From NCBI RefSeq assembly GCF_001194135.2, contig NC_068995.1, positions 58,019,777 through 58,083,776 on the forward strand: DNA of 64,000 nt. The letters run 5' to 3'. The position numbers were made by a program, and so were the translations under genes. The notes under the pieces were generated by a model. The model had not been told where the DNA came from. It worked only from the letters and a program-made list of their open reading frames with translations, and did no database searches. Source of the DNA: Octopus bimaculoides (lineage: Eukaryota). Positions 13,330 through 27,001 of this stretch are shown piece after piece (position 1 is the stretch's first letter; every line of letters starts with the position of its first letter).

Positions 13330-14400
13330 CCAATGATCATCAAATGTTTTGACCCTGAACCATAACACCCTCCCATTGGCGGGTCAGCACAGGTGGCCAA
13401 ATCACTGCTTTTCATCTCCTTCTGGCTTCCAGCTTAACTCCTCTCACTTGCTCCATAACCAACAAGAGGTTTGTTCAGCTGCCTCTCCCATCCTGCACAC
13501 AGCCACCCTTCACTCCTTCTCATTCCATGGCTGTAAGCATCTTCCACACTGACTGGGCAGGGAACCCCTTAAAGCCAACCTCAATTGGAAAAAGCCATAA
13601 CTGCCATCCCTTCTCCCTGCAATCCAGTGGAAGGTTCTCATACCTGGCATGCTTCAATTTCTAGGCCTGATCACACCCTTCTTCCCACAGGACTGTAAGC
13701 TCAATCAAGATTATCTTCTTGATCTATATAGACCACAGAACCACTTCTGGTCTCAGGGTTGTATGGACAACCTGGGGAAACTTCAGTCTCTCCCCCAGGT
13801 TCACTTTCATATTCCATGATTGGGATTCAGGTAGTAAGTGGGGATTTTTTTTCTTTTTTTTTTTTTTTTTTTTTTTTTTTTGTGTTTATTGCTGTCCTCA
13901 CTGGCTTTTCTCCTTTCACAAACTTAATTGCTGCTGTTGGTTTCCTCTTCTGATGTTTCTTGAACCTTTTTTGTTCCAGGATGTGAGTGCTGCAAGCACC
14001 TTGTCATGGCACCACTTGTATCTTCCTTGAGTAAGTGCTATTTTGTACCTGGTCTTCCTTCAAACCCCATCTGTGCAGGTTTGTTGGTGTTGGGACTGCC
14101 CACAGCAGGAAAGAGATATGTAAAAAATTCCAGTCTCCAGAGGTACGTCCATGTGACCTTCATCTTGGAGAGTCCCCATTTAATCCAGGCAGCCTGAGAT
14201 GCCAGCTTCACAGTTCTTTACATTATTTCTTCCTCCTGGTTCTGCAATTCTGCCTGGTTCACGGCCCACCTTTCTTCCATCTTTGGAAATGGGAAGAACT
14301 AAGACTCTGCCAACCTTTGCATGTAACTCCAATGATTTTGTGTAGCTCCAGCATGCTGTGGTGCTGGCTACCCACTTTCACATGGACCTTGTTATAATAC
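13330..14400 (-). mobile_element. HERO/R2-group non-LTR retrotransposon 3' fragment with restriction-like endonuclease (RLE); pseudogenised
   Basis: Minus-strand translation gives ISFLL...PTPTNLHRWGLKED, QGRYKWCHDKVLAAL, and LRPEVVLWS..KKIILIELTVLWEEGCDQA..K..Y...EKGWQLWLFPIEVGFKGFPAQSVWKML. These correspond to the RHD-like and PD-(D/E)xK RLE motifs. Confidence 0.8.
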
Positions 14401-15661
14401 CTGCATATCTAATAAGCTCATCCTAGATACAGTCAGAATCACAGTTGCAAACATAGCAACTTTACAGAAAGAAATACTAGTAGTGTCACAGCTGGCTGCC
14501 AGTCTAAAGAGGTTATGTTTATTTAGGTAACACAGTTTTTTCAGATAGTTAATTGCTTGCCTATATCATTAATAATTGAAAACTGTTAGTGATGACAATA
14601 CATAGACTAAAACGAACATATTTCACAAATGAAGTTCTTTGTATACAGTATTCAAACTTGCTCACCATTCATTTAGGCTAAATATCACGTACATTGGATG
14701 CTAAAAAGGTTTTATGGTTGGGGATTGGTCAGAGAGACAGGAGAGACATTTTGCCTCAACATAACCTTAATTAAGGAGACTAGGAATTCAATGTTTTTAA
14801 ACATACTATGAGTTCAAAACTTTACAAAAGATTGTGTTGTTCACCTTAAACAAGACATTTTCTTTAATCTTCCCAGTGAAAAAGCACACCACTATATTAG
14901 AGTTGAATAACAAAAAAATAAAGCAGATATCTTATACAGTAATGCCCAAACCTGCAACACATTTTATTATCCTATATATGTAAAAAATAGCATGTATAAA
15001 ATAGCATGTATTTTTGTGTATAAAAAAAGGTGGAGTGGAGAGCATGCGCACACACACAAAATCATACCACGGATCATTTACAGGCAAAAATGACACACAA
15101 ATACACAGCAATTTCTTAAAACATATTATCAATTTCAATTGTAACATTTAATTTATTTTTGTATCTGATATAATCAAAATTAAAATGACTTCAAAGCAAT
15201 AGTTTCTGCTACATAGTAATAGTGTTTCTTTGTTTCTTTTTCATATACAACAGTCTTTTTGATAAAACATTCATTGGCAGAGGTATTTCCATTTTCACAA
15301 GAATCAACTTTTACAATCACTCAACTTTTGTAGCATCTCAACTTGATTTCAATGTGTCAGTATTTATTTAAACTGAGAGAATCCTGTCCTATGAACAAAC
15401 CAAATGATACATGCAGAAGGAAATTAAAACATAATCAAGCTTCCTATCCCTCTAAAGTGATTTTGTTACTTAATTAGCTGTTTCTTATAAAATGAATAAA
15501 GCAAAATGTTGCTGCTGCTGCTGCTGCTGCTGCTACATTAAGGGAAATTTTGAACAGAACTGTTTACTGCAAGAGAGAAGAACAGAGTGAAATAGAAGAA
15601 AGAAAGAGGGAGGGGAGGAGCAATGGATTGTCTTCTTTTACTGATTCTACAGAATCAGATG

Positions 15662-15780
15662 CAGACATGGCTGTGTGGTAAAAAGTTTGCATCCTAACCA
15701 CAGGTTTTGAGGTTCAGTCTTGACATGTGTATATAGCCTTGGGCCATGAGTGTAAGAATGCTGTCATAAATGTGTGTGTT
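15662..15780 (+). mobile_element. tRNA-derived SINE head fragment
   Basis: gcagacatggctgtgtggtaaaaagtttgc...ggttcagtc matches the family head. Confidence 0.65.
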
Positions 15781-16521
15781 CTTCCTTGGCATCATTTGGA
15801 CTCCTCTGGAACTGGCAGAGTATCTGTAGTGGCTTTTTTAAAAGGACAGTAAACCGATAGAACCAGGAGAGTATCAATTAAATGTTTCTTATTGCTAACC
15901 TTTTCAGCATCACTATTGGTTTTGTGTACATTTTCATTAGACTGAGTTGGTTGAGTCTGCAAAACAACCAGCTTCTGTCATCTCTACATTGTTTAGCCCC
16001 TATTTTTTGGAATTAGAATGTCATTAGGGTTATTTCTTTCATCATCAATCTGAGGTTAATTAATAGAAGTAGGAAGTTTGTCAAATCCATTAGCAACATC
16101 CATCTTCCATAAATTCATGTCTTGGACCGAAGTAAGAAATCAGTAATAATAATAGTTCTTAAGCCAGCCTATCAATGTCAGTTTACATTTGGAGAACAAG
16201 TTCAATAAGATTACTTTTGTGTTAAAATTGAAATATAAATAATTCTATTACTAATTCTGGTCAATAGAATCATATTTGAAAATTTTCATTAATAGCTTTC
16301 AAAAGCTGGGAAATTTAAAATATCTATTAGATGGTCACTTTTTAATAACCTTATGAAAGTAAGATCTATCCCAAATAGCAACCAAAATTTCTTCCAGCAT
16401 ATCAATTATTAAATGAAGATCAATGAAAATAATATACAATACAATAATAAAATAATATACAATAAAACAATAATCAATAATCTGAGCACAACATTTCTAA
16501 TTAAAGACTAGCACAGATTAC

Positions 16522-16560
<39 letters not shown>

Positions 16561-16934
16561 GTTAAATAATTAAAGATTTGTTCAGTATGTATAAGAAAAC
16601 ATGTCTAAATGTATCATTAGTAGATGGGGTTGCAATACAGCATCTTCTCATATGTCCTGGCCATCTCTTTGCAGTATTTAGTCTATGATCTGAACTCAAA
16701 TCACATTATAGACAATACTTTAGTTAGTTTTCTGATGTCAACCACTCGGAATATTGCAAAAGAGGCTCTGTACACAATGCATGACAGAGTCAAGTCAAGC
16801 AAGATCGTCAAAACAAGGAGGTATGACAGATCAGCGACTGTTGAACTTCACAGGTAATAGCACAATAGCGGGACCCATGAGAGTTGGTTCTAATAAGGTT
16901 AAAAGCCCAGCTAATAAATATCAACAAGATGAGC

Positions 16935-17275
16935 ACAGGCATGGCTGTGTTAAGAAGCTCACTTTGCAAACCATGTCGTTTCAGGTTCAATCCCTTTGCA
17001 CAAAACTTTGGGGAAATGTCTTCTACTAAAGGCCCAGGCAAATGCTTTGTGAGCAGATTCGGTAGATGGAAACTGTATGGAAGCCTGTAGTGTATATATG
17101 TGCGTGTTTATGTCTTGACAATCAGTGTTGGTTTGTTTATGTCCCAAAACCTTAGTGGATTAGTAAAAGACACTAATAGAATAAGTACCAGATTAAAAAA
17201 AAAGTATTGAGGTTGATTTGCTTGACTAAAATTCTTTAAGGTAGTACCCCACTATGGATGAAATCCAATGACCAA
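16935..17275 (+). mobile_element. Near full-length tRNA-derived SINE
   Basis: Head, ggaaactgtatggaagcc core, short (AT/GT)n, aatagaataagtaccag block and a diverged LINE-like tail. Confidence 0.75.
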
Positions 17276-18687
17276 AACACACACACGAAAGAAATTATGG
17301 ATGGCAACAAATATCAAGATTCATCTATTACAATGCACAGACATAAAGCCTGGAATTTATAGATTGCAGTGGGGTTGGAGAATTTGTTTAACTAATTACA
17401 CCAAAATATATTTATTTATGCCGACATTACTCCACTTGATTTGAAAGGAAAGAAAATCATAGATTCTTTGAATTCAAAAAGTTTATTGAATCTATTTATA
17501 TGGATAATACAGTAATATATATATAAAGTATAAAACAAATGCAATAAAATAAATTAATATCCTCATTATGAAACAAAAGGATTTTTCTAGAAACTTTTCA
17601 CTTCAGGTTTTGGGAAAGTGATATGGCTTCATTTTTGTTACAATTACATCAAAATTGGGTGATTTGATGTCAAAACTATTTGGATACAGTCTTCAGGGTT
17701 CAATCGATTACTATGCTTTGTTTTTATGTTCATTAGAGTGGAAAATTCTTGTTTGCAAAGGTAAGCTATTGCAAAAAGCAGCAACTTTTTGACTGTCTCC
17801 TCCTCATGCCAGAAGAAAAATTTTGGTCACAACAAATATTGTCATCATTTAATGTCCATCTTCCATACATGCATGGGCAGGACGGTTGATAGAATTTAAT
17901 TTTTACCAAATTGGGGTAATCTACCCCAGATTGCCAACCCCTAGGTTACAGAGAATGAGAAGCTGTTGAAGTCATACTCTTTTCCCAAGAACACAAAAGA
18001 AATAGTTCACACTAAAACAGAAAATCTGACAAAATTGGTTCAATCGTGAACTTGCCAATGTACAAATGAGACCAGCATATCCCTCCTACCTTTAGGAGCA
18101 TTTGTGGTTTACATCTGACAGAGAAACTTTCCCTATATTATCTACTAGAAATAGTTTATATCTCCTCTATCTTTGAGAAACATTGATGCTGCCTCTGATA
18201 ACATAACTTTCTGTCAGCATTAAAAAAAAAAATTGTTGTATGACGTGTAGGTAAAACAAACAAACAAAAAATACTGCTGCAAGTGTAGTATGACTATATC
18301 AACTACTATCACCGTTGTCATGATGACCGTGATTGTAACCACCACTAATAAATCATCACAGTTTTTACTCCCAGTACAATATTACATGTTATTTATTCCT
18401 CTCCTGTCAAAAAGAAGAAGAAAAACAGTTAAGATTTATTATCCTTATTACTTAGTTCTGAATGAATGGACCAACCAGAAACACAAAATTATAGTAGTAG
18501 ACTTTACATTGTGGTAAAAACAGAATAAGAAATAAATATTTACTGAAAATTAGATCCACTAAAAAATGATTAGCTGTCTTTTTACAACATACCTACCTAA
18601 CTCGAAGAGTGCTTACAGAAAAAAAAGAAATATAAATACACACAGGTACACACATACCCAAACACTTCCATTCACACACACACACAC

Positions 18688-18725
<38 letters not shown>

Positions 18726-18895
18726 CACATGCATGCAACACACGCACGCACATAACACACACACACACACACACAATTCTGACTTAATTTTTAATACCAC
18801 TTCAGAACTGTTAGAATTACCATTATGTAATGTATAACAGAAGGAAGGAAAAATTTGAATTAAGAAAAGGTAAGAGAGAGAGCATGTGAGTGTGA

Positions 18896-18939
<44 letters not shown>

Positions 18940-19094
18940 GAGACAGACAGAGAATGAGTAGGCATTCTTCTGATAACCTTCTCAATATCACCTGTGTAGC
19001 AAATATGGTTTGCAGAAATTCATCTCTTTCCTCTACCTATACACAAAGAATCACTACAACAATATGAGTTTCTCTCACTGCCCAGGTTCACCTA

Positions 19095-19967
19095 CAAGGT
19101 GACATCAAAAAGATTTCGGACAAGTTCTGTATTGCGCCAACAGATGGCAGCACACATATGTGTGCGCAGTTAGAACTAGCAGTGACTTTCATGAAGCACT
19201 ATGCTGAGTGACATTGCTGTGTTTATTTCACAAATTGTCAAATTTGTTTTTTTTTGTGATCATGTGTATGCTGTAGTCTGCAACTTTCTCATGGACTGGA
19301 ACAAAGAGCCAATGTGAAATTTGGTGTTAAACTTGAGAAGTTTGCTGCTGCAGAAACACTGAGCATGCTTTGGCAAGTTTATGTCAATGAGGCAATGGGT
19401 CGTAGTACGCAATGTTTCAAGTGGCATGGGTGTTTCAAAAGCGGAAAAACGTCCCAGGAAAACAATGAAGCATATGGAAGACCTACCACAAGTGTCACCC
19501 AAGAAATGTGGTACTGTGCATCAAGAATTCATCCCCAAGAAGCAAACCGTCAATTGAGAGTTCTTCTGCATCATTTTGAAACGTTTGAGGGAAGACATTC
19601 AGTGAAAGGGACTGGATCTGTGGAATGCAAAGAATTGGGCTCTTCACGATGACAACCATGCACCCTGTCACCGAGCTCTCCTCACTCGTGAGCCAAGAAC
19701 AATATGGCACCACTTCTGCATCCACCCTATTCACCAGATTTATCACCTGCAGACTTCCATCTCTTCCCCAAGATGAAAATGTAGCTCAAAGGTCACCATT
19801 TTAACACCACTGTCAAGATCTAGAGCGAATTGCAGAACGGCCTCAACTTGCTTACAGAAAACGACTTCCAGGAAGGATTCCAAAAGTGGCAGGAATACTG
19901 GGGCCGGTACATTGTTGCGCAAGGTAACTATTTCAAAGGAGATGATGTTAAAACTGAGGTAAATAAG
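19095..19967 (+). mobile_element. Mariner (Tc1/mariner) transposon relic, internally deleted, right TIR missing
   Basis: TA at 19093-19094 is followed by the TIR caaggtgacatcaaaaagatttcggac. HTH region EQRANVKFGVKLEK...ETLSML...QCFKWH..FKSG. Catalytic C-terminus HDDNHAP...LHPPYSPDLSPADFHLFPKMK...LKG...FQKWQEYW. Confidence 0.88.
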
Positions 19968-20190
19968 TGGCAACTATATCCAGCCTTCGGTGCTCTAACA
20001 CCATGTCTGTCTGGAAGTCAAAGTCCCAGAGGATCTTTGCTTTCTCATTTTTGTCCAATACCTTTCCAGTGTATGTTGATACCAAGTACCTACTACCTCA
20101 TCATATCCATACTTCCAGCAGAGCAGCCAGTGAAGGTTTGGGGCTACCTTGTCGTGTTTGCGCTTGTACTCTTCCTGCACAAGACTTTCA
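19968..20190 (-). mobile_element. R4/Dong-like non-LTR retrotransposon fragment (RHD motif to RLE start)
   Basis: QEEYKRKHDKVAPNLHWLLCWKYG...WYQH, then in a shifted frame LDKNEKAKILWDFDFQTDMVLEHRRLDIV. Confidence 0.75.
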
Positions 20191-20229
20191 CAAGCACTTA
20201 TTAATATTATTACGGCAGAATCATTTTAA

Positions 20230-20590
20230 GGTTGAGGAAATAAGCAGATATGACATCATCATCACCTTGAGTCATCTTCAACATTTTCCTTTCACCTCCT
20301 AAATTCAGCTGTCCATTTTTGCACTGTTGATAAAGCTGGAGCATTATCCTCTAATGTAGCAACCATGTCAACATGGTTGACCCTTTTCTGCAGGTACTTG
20401 ATAACATCACGATGGTAAACTTTGTCTATTTTCAAGAAAAGTCACAACTAATTACTTTTGAACAGTCAGATGTCAGTTGGCAAAAAACAGTGCATATTAA
20501 TGAGAAGAGTTGAAATTAATGCACACAAGATTTCACAGCTCTAGCATCACTCCTTCATAGTCAGCCTATGAAATTTTTAGCCTACCTTTG
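20230..20590 (-). mobile_element. Second mariner, 5' half only (left TIR plus HTH)
   Basis: The reverse complement starts at TA (20591-20592) with caaaggtaggctaaaaatttcataggctga. Translation KIDKVYHRDVIKYLQK...DMVATLEDNAPALSTVQKWTAEFRR...ENVEDDSR. Confidence 0.8.
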
Positions 20591-20749
20591 TATTTAAGTT
20601 GCTCTGTCGTTGTGTTTTTTTTTTATCTCTATTTGTCATTTACCCATTATTTGTAAATTCAATCTACTCTAAAAAAAACTTCTATGCAATCGATAATTTT
20701 GATCCTTATCATATATAAACAACAATTACCTAAATGTTTTAACAATTTT

Positions 20750-22180
20750 TTCTTTTTTTTAAGTTGATTCGTTTGGCTAAAACCTCACTCTCAACCAACA
20801 CTAGATGCAAGAAAGCTATTCAATATCCCAGTGTTTATCTACTTGGTGAAGATGAAACAAACTATCTAGCTCTTACAGTATCTTCAGTCAGAAAATCATA
20901 AGGCATTAACTTGTTTACAATCTGTAATTTCAAAGATTTCAAAAGCTAACCATTCTTGTATCTCACCTTCAGGAAACCTTTCTTCCAAGTGAACAGAAAG
21001 ACAATTTTTAAGAGTTAACAGCAAATATATCTAGTGTTACATTTTACTCTCATGACTTAGCATATCTAAATTTGTCACTTCATAAAACGTTATTCCCTAG
21101 ATACTTATTAACTTTGTGTCATGCAAAATGGAACGGATCAATTATGGTGAAGCCACTATTCTGTAAAATACCACACAATGCAGCAGATTCTTCATGAACA
21201 TTGCTTAAAATCTGTAAAGTTACTTTGCATATGATGTTCATCTATTTTCTTGACAATTTTTTACCACAAAGTCATTTGACTATTTTTTTTCCAAGTTATA
21301 TACTCAGTGCCTCATGTGATTTTCATTACAGCTTGCAATGTGAAATGTTTAGATAATCAACAGGCTTAATTAATGGTCTGAAAGTAACAACTTCAATTTC
21401 AAAGGCCTCTGCAATTTCTATAAACTTGCATCTTTTACTGGTAGATTGAGAAGACAACACAAATTGTTCTCACTAAAGTTTCAGTATCTCTTATTTAACT
21501 TTTTCCCATGCATCACAAATCCTCAGTTCTTCACGGTATAGTGCTGCTGAACTAAGTTGGAATGCCTGCTTTATTTAGTCTTGCTGCAAAACCATTAGCT
21601 CTAGACAATATTACCCGTGTGCTGCTATTGGGCATAAACATCACTATTTCATAGACTGTAAGTTTCTTCTTTTCATAAAACTGCTTAATCGTAGAAATAA
21701 TAGAAGCAGCATTGCACACCTGCTGCTGCTTTGTTCTGCAAAAAACTGTTTTATACACTGTACAATCTTTAGAACAGAAAATGAAGAATACAATGAAGCA
21801 TTTGTTGACAGATATGTCTATAGTTTCATCAACTATTTAACATGAAAATCTGATGTGATTTTTGCAAATATCTTTCTGAACAATATAGCTTATAGTCTCT
21901 AAAAATTCAGACACAAAATAGTTGCTTTGCCAGCTTTTAGGGAACTGAACCTAAGTCAAATTTCCAATATTGTGCTACTACTTTCCACTAGCAAATTCTC
22001 TCGCAATGTTCAAAACATGGTAATACAAACACGTAACTCCAGCTTACAAATCATACATAAATATTTCTCCCAGAGCTTTTCAGTGCAGCAATTTCTATTA
22101 TTTTGTTAAACCATCCAACTTTAAACACCCTTGCAGTTCTTTTGTGCTTCATACCCATTACATCTTATGACTTTAATGTA
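20750..22180 (-). mobile_element. Degraded hAT transposase relic (ZNF862-like)
   Basis: The N-terminal part resembles RVFKVGWF...YD..AGVTCLY. The middle reads CLSVHLEERFPEGEIQEWLAF. The C-terminus NSFLASSVG*E*GFSQTNQLKK matches the hAT dimerisation motif SSxxCERGFS. Confidence 0.6.
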
Positions 22181-22359
22181 GTGAGTCAATATTTTTTTTC
22201 AATAAAATCTCAATAAACTACAAAATTTGAAATAGATCTATGTAAGCTTTATGATATGAACATTGTCCACCTAACATAAGAAGTAAGAAGTGTGCAAATG
22301 TTGTATCTGAAAAAATAAACCCAACTAACTACTTAGTAGAAATGGATAGCTAAGTGCCG

Positions 22360-22835
22360 ATATCTAATTGTGGAGGAAATGTATAGACGGATTAGACAAG
22401 GAAGATGTGAGAAAGGATCTTCAGACAATGGGCCTTACAGTGGAGATGGTGAGGGTCTGAGACTTCTATGGTTTGCTATACTTGAGAAGACACATCAAGC
22501 TGGCTGTCCGTGCATACAGGCATCTCCTCAACATCCTTCTCTTGGTCGAGAATAGTCTTGCAGGCTCGTGCGTGCTGGTGCCATGTAAAAGCACCCACAT
22601 AAAAGGGCTCGTGCCAGTGTTATGTGAAAGGGAGCGAGCTAGTGTGCCATATAAAAGCACCCGGTTCACACTGTGTAAAGTGGTTGGCAATAGGAACGGC
22701 ATCCAGCCATAAAAACCATGTCAAAGCAGACAAATGGAGCCTGGGCAGCTCTCCAGCTTGGCCAACTCCTGTCAAACAATCCAACCCATGCCAGCATGGA
22801 GAACGGATGCTAAATAATGATGACGATGATGATGT
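22360..22835 (+). mobile_element. RTE LINE 3' end (RT terminus, UTR, (GAT)n tail)
   Basis: ggcatccagcc...aacccatgccagcatggagaacggatgctaaataatgatgacgatgatgatg. Confidence 0.75.
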
Positions 22836-24279
22836 TCACTACAATATTTTAGGAAACTAAACCTTTTGTATAGAGACTAATTTCTTTTGTGTGCTGGTTA
22901 TAAAATGTGCCAGCATGGACACTGAAAGAGAAAAGTAAAAAATTTTTCTCCAATAATTTCTGCAAAAGTCCAAATTAAAATAAATAAATAAAAAAAACCC
23001 TACTTTTGCAAAAATTAAGAAATATGGATATGAAATAATATGTGTCATTTCTAAACATCATAAAATGTTCTACAGGGAAACAGTACAAAAGTCAACATGA
23101 CTACAGCCTATGAACTTATTTAGTAACAGACAGCAGGAAATTAGAAATCTAGGAATCAGCCCTGTTCAAAATAAAGAGAGGGAGTTGATTAAGATTTCAA
23201 TGTTATTCAGTACAAGCATGGTACAAGATATGCAATATGATTTCTATTAGAATGACAGAGAACCAATCTTTAGTTGCACTTGATGTATAGCAAAAGCAGC
23301 CGTGAAATATACTCTATGATCTTATGAAATGGGTGATGGGAGTTCTTGCTTAAGTAAATTGAATGCAATTGAAGGCATAGTGAAAGTCTAGTACCTAAAG
23401 ACAAATAACAATAGAAGTTTTGAAAGTTAATCACTGTTAACAACAATGACTCTTCCAGCTTTCTCTCCGCCAGCAAAATGCAGATTGCATGAAGCTTGCA
23501 ACAAGAGCTTTGAATACAGATGAGTTTAATAAGAGGCCAGAGAGAAATTCAGTGATTGAGACATCATTGATATGCAACATTAATTTGCATGGAAGGTAGA
23601 AATCAAGTGAGAAAAGATTATAGAAGTGACTTTGTATTAAAGTGGTATTAGCAAATGTATAAAGGGTAGGTTGCAGTGTTGGTATGGACAAGTTGTTAGA
23701 TGTTGTTCAAAAACATGCCTAATCAAGCATGCTTATGATCAAAAACATTCACATCATGATGATCTTGGAGGTTCGGGCTATTTTTTTACATATATATATA
23801 GTGTAACTAGGACTATGTGTGTACCTCCTTCATCTAAGAGCATAAGGTGTGATAGCAAGGAGATTTGGCAGCTATTTTTAGCAAATCAAGCAACCTTCAG
23901 AGAGGCTCCTTCACGGATTCATTATGTAATGCTTATAGATAGCACTGGATAAAAAAAAATATTCTATCCTGATCATGATAGATTTTGTGGGGTCAGATCT
24001 TAGATGTTGAATCTCATAGATGGAATGACACAGTCTTGAAAAATAATGAGCTGTAATATTGCAGATGTATATAACCCAAACTAAGATAGACAAAGAGCTG
24101 TTAAAATAATGTTTATCTCTAAATATATTTTGCTATCAGTATAAATCAATATTTTCCAAGTGAATAATCTAAGCTATGGGATTAAATACTGAAGTGATAT
24201 GGGCAGTTATATTCAAGGATAGATTAAATATGTAGTTTGCATAAAAGTGCACAAGATTTTACTAATATATATCATAATC

Positions 24280-24790
24280 CTCATCATTTGACATGTTCTC
24301 CATGCTGACATAGCACAAATGGTTTGACATGAGCTAGCAAATCAAAAGACAGCACCAAGCTCTACTGTTTACTTTGACATGGTTTCTATGGCTGGAAGCC
24401 TTTCCTAATGCCAACCACTTTCAAACGTTGCTGAGTAAAGCAGCAGTGACTAAAGACACTTTGAAAATGCAATATGGCTGTAGTCAGTAAGTTGCAAAGT
24501 GACAAGATGTAATGGTCTTTGCTGAGGCAGATTTCTATGGTCAGATGGCCTTTCTGTCGCTAAGTGTCACCTGTTTCCAAATAAAGTAATACTTCCTCAT
24601 GGACAGACATATTTTGGAAAGGATGGACACTGTGTATGTAATGGGACATTGCATATGCGCTTGTTTACAACTATCAAGAAATATCAAGACAAGGAGACAC
24701 AGACACACAAACATACAAAGACATGACAGACTTCTTTCAGTTTTTGTCTATGACATTTACTTGCCAGGCCTTGGTCAACCTGAGGCTAGA
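24280..24790 (-). mobile_element. RTE-type tail and SINE body fragments
   Basis: Reverse-complement matches to the RTE tail (gcctttcctaatgccaaccac) and the SINE core (cttctttcagtttt...ggccttggtc). Confidence 0.55.
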
Positions 24791-24939
24791 TGACACTGGA
24801 TGTACTACCCAAGAGTGTAAAAATGTCATGGATGACAGAGGAATGGAAGATGCTTGTCAGGAATGCCAAGAAATTCCTTGATCCTAATGTGTGTGTGTGT
24901 GTGTGTGTGTGTGTGTCTGTCTGTGTGTGTGTGCATGTG

Positions 24940-24972
<33 letters not shown>

Positions 24973-26345
24973 TGGGGCAGCTTTGAGTTAAGGAAAAAGA
25001 AAGGAATTTGGGTATAGTTCCTCTGATGAGTAGCCAATAAAATTCAAAACAGTCCATCAGGAATCTCTCCACTTTTTCTGTTTTTAAGCACTTAAAAAAG
25101 TGTAATGTGTGTGTTACCAATCTTATAATTTCATCTCACAATTAAGGCTTTCAAATATTTAAATTTATTTTCAGTTCTTTTCAGATTTACATTGAACTGT
25201 TGTGCATAAAATATGTTGTTAATGATGAGCTAGCCTCAAGCAGATATATAATATATTCAAATTAAGCTTTCCACTACTGTGGCAACTAAAATTCTGTGTG
25301 TTTCTGAGCTTTTGATTGGGGAAAGAAAGAAAAATTGAGTACAGTTCTTCTAATGGACAATCAATATACTGCAAAACAATCTGTCAGAAACCTTCCCCCA
25401 ACACTGAAATGAATAGAATGAATGTTTATATTCTTTTAATTTCAACTCTCAGTTAAAGTTTTCAACAAATGTTCTAAATGTATTTTTAGTCCTTCTGATT
25501 CATACGGTGCCGTCAGGCTAAACCACACAGACACACACAGAACAGGGAGCTCAATACAGATCTGTAAAAATTCCCAAAACAAATATTCAGTATATAATAG
25601 TGGTATACTGACTGGTTAAGAGCATTACTGCCATTAATTTAGGAATAAAAAACAATCCAAGTTTGACTTCTGTCTGGTACTATGTGCATAATCAGGAACA
25701 AGATATTTGATAATGATCACTGACCAAACTAATTGAAACATTGTGTAAATATTTGAACAAATGTTCCCTCTCTGAAGATGAGGTTAATAATCCAAAAAGT
25801 TTGATAACTGCATTAATAATAATTTATCTCAGACATTTATATAAATGTATAAAGTAAATAATACACACACATATTAGAAAGAGAGAGAATGATGAACAAT
25901 AGCACAAGAGTAATCAATTAAAAGAAAAACAGCCTAATTTAGAAACACTTTCCCCAAGAAACTGGGCAAAAATCTAATTATTGTAGTGATATGAGAACAT
26001 TCCAACACAGTGAAGGTGTAGATATTTCCAATCTATTTATGAACAGCTGTTCTGAAAGCTTATGTTCCAATAAACCTCTCCAATGTTAGGTGAATGCCTG
26101 AGTCCCAGATTTCCAGATAAAGAATTTCCTATTACAAGCATAAAACTAACATTGTGAGGAATAAATATTTCAAAGGTAATTTTTTTTTTTACTTCTTTTC
26201 TGTCTAAATGAAAATGCTCATCATATTCACAGAGGTAAAAGAATAAGTGAAAACCAAAAAGCTAAAATCATAGAGAAAGGATATATTTTTGTCTTATGTC
26301 TATTTTCCATGCTAGAATGAGTTAGACACTGAAATATTTTTGCAC

Positions 26346-26376
<31 letters not shown>

Positions 26377-26704
26377 GTTAATATTTTATGCTTCCAATAT
26401 TTTAGAAGATACATTCTGATTTAAAGGTAAAGTAATAGCAATCACAGGACAAATAAATCAAAGAATGGGGGTATGTTACATGGTATTAGCACCAACTTTA
26501 TACATAGTTTACAAGAAGGAAGTACTTCTCTACCTACTTTCATTGCAGAACAAAAATAGATCTGTTCTGGAACCAAAATAACCCTGAATGGGTATGGAGT
26601 AATCACCAATAATTTAACATTCATGTAATGTCTATGTAACAGAAAAACAGAAAGTCATTCAAGTGGAGGCCATCCCATTCCTAGGTATTGTCTATGGTCT
26701 AAAA

Positions 26705-27001
26705 CAGGGGTTTTCAAACTTTTTGACTTGCGGACCCCTTTATATTTCAGGCTTTACCTTAGGGACCCCCTTATAAACGCTTATGAAATTTATACATAAA
26801 CATTTGCTTAAAATAGCTTATATTTTTACATTTATTTATTTAACAGTATTTAACAAATAGGTTTATTGTCAATTAAAAGATTTCGATTAAAAAACATATA
26901 CAAAATCAAATTGCCCATAAAAAGCATTTGCTGTCTATGGACCCCCTGTCTTGTCCTTGAGGACCCCCTGTGGTCCGCGGACCACAGTTTGAAAACCTCT
27001 G
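26705..27001. mobile_element. hAT Charlie/Buster-type MITE, 297 bp, with perfect TSD
   Basis: 16-bp TIRs caggggttttcaaact and the reverse complement cagaggttttcaaact (15/16). The identical 8-bp TSD gtctaaaa at 26697-26704 and 27002-27009 has a central TA. Confidence 0.95.

Noticed and set aside
16624-16857. 77-aa plus-strand ORF with a donor-like end
   Set aside because: No recognisable homology, and similar-quality decoys occur on both strands.
17607-17761. Plus-strand exon-like segment with good acceptor and gtaag donor
   Set aside because: All three frames contain stops.
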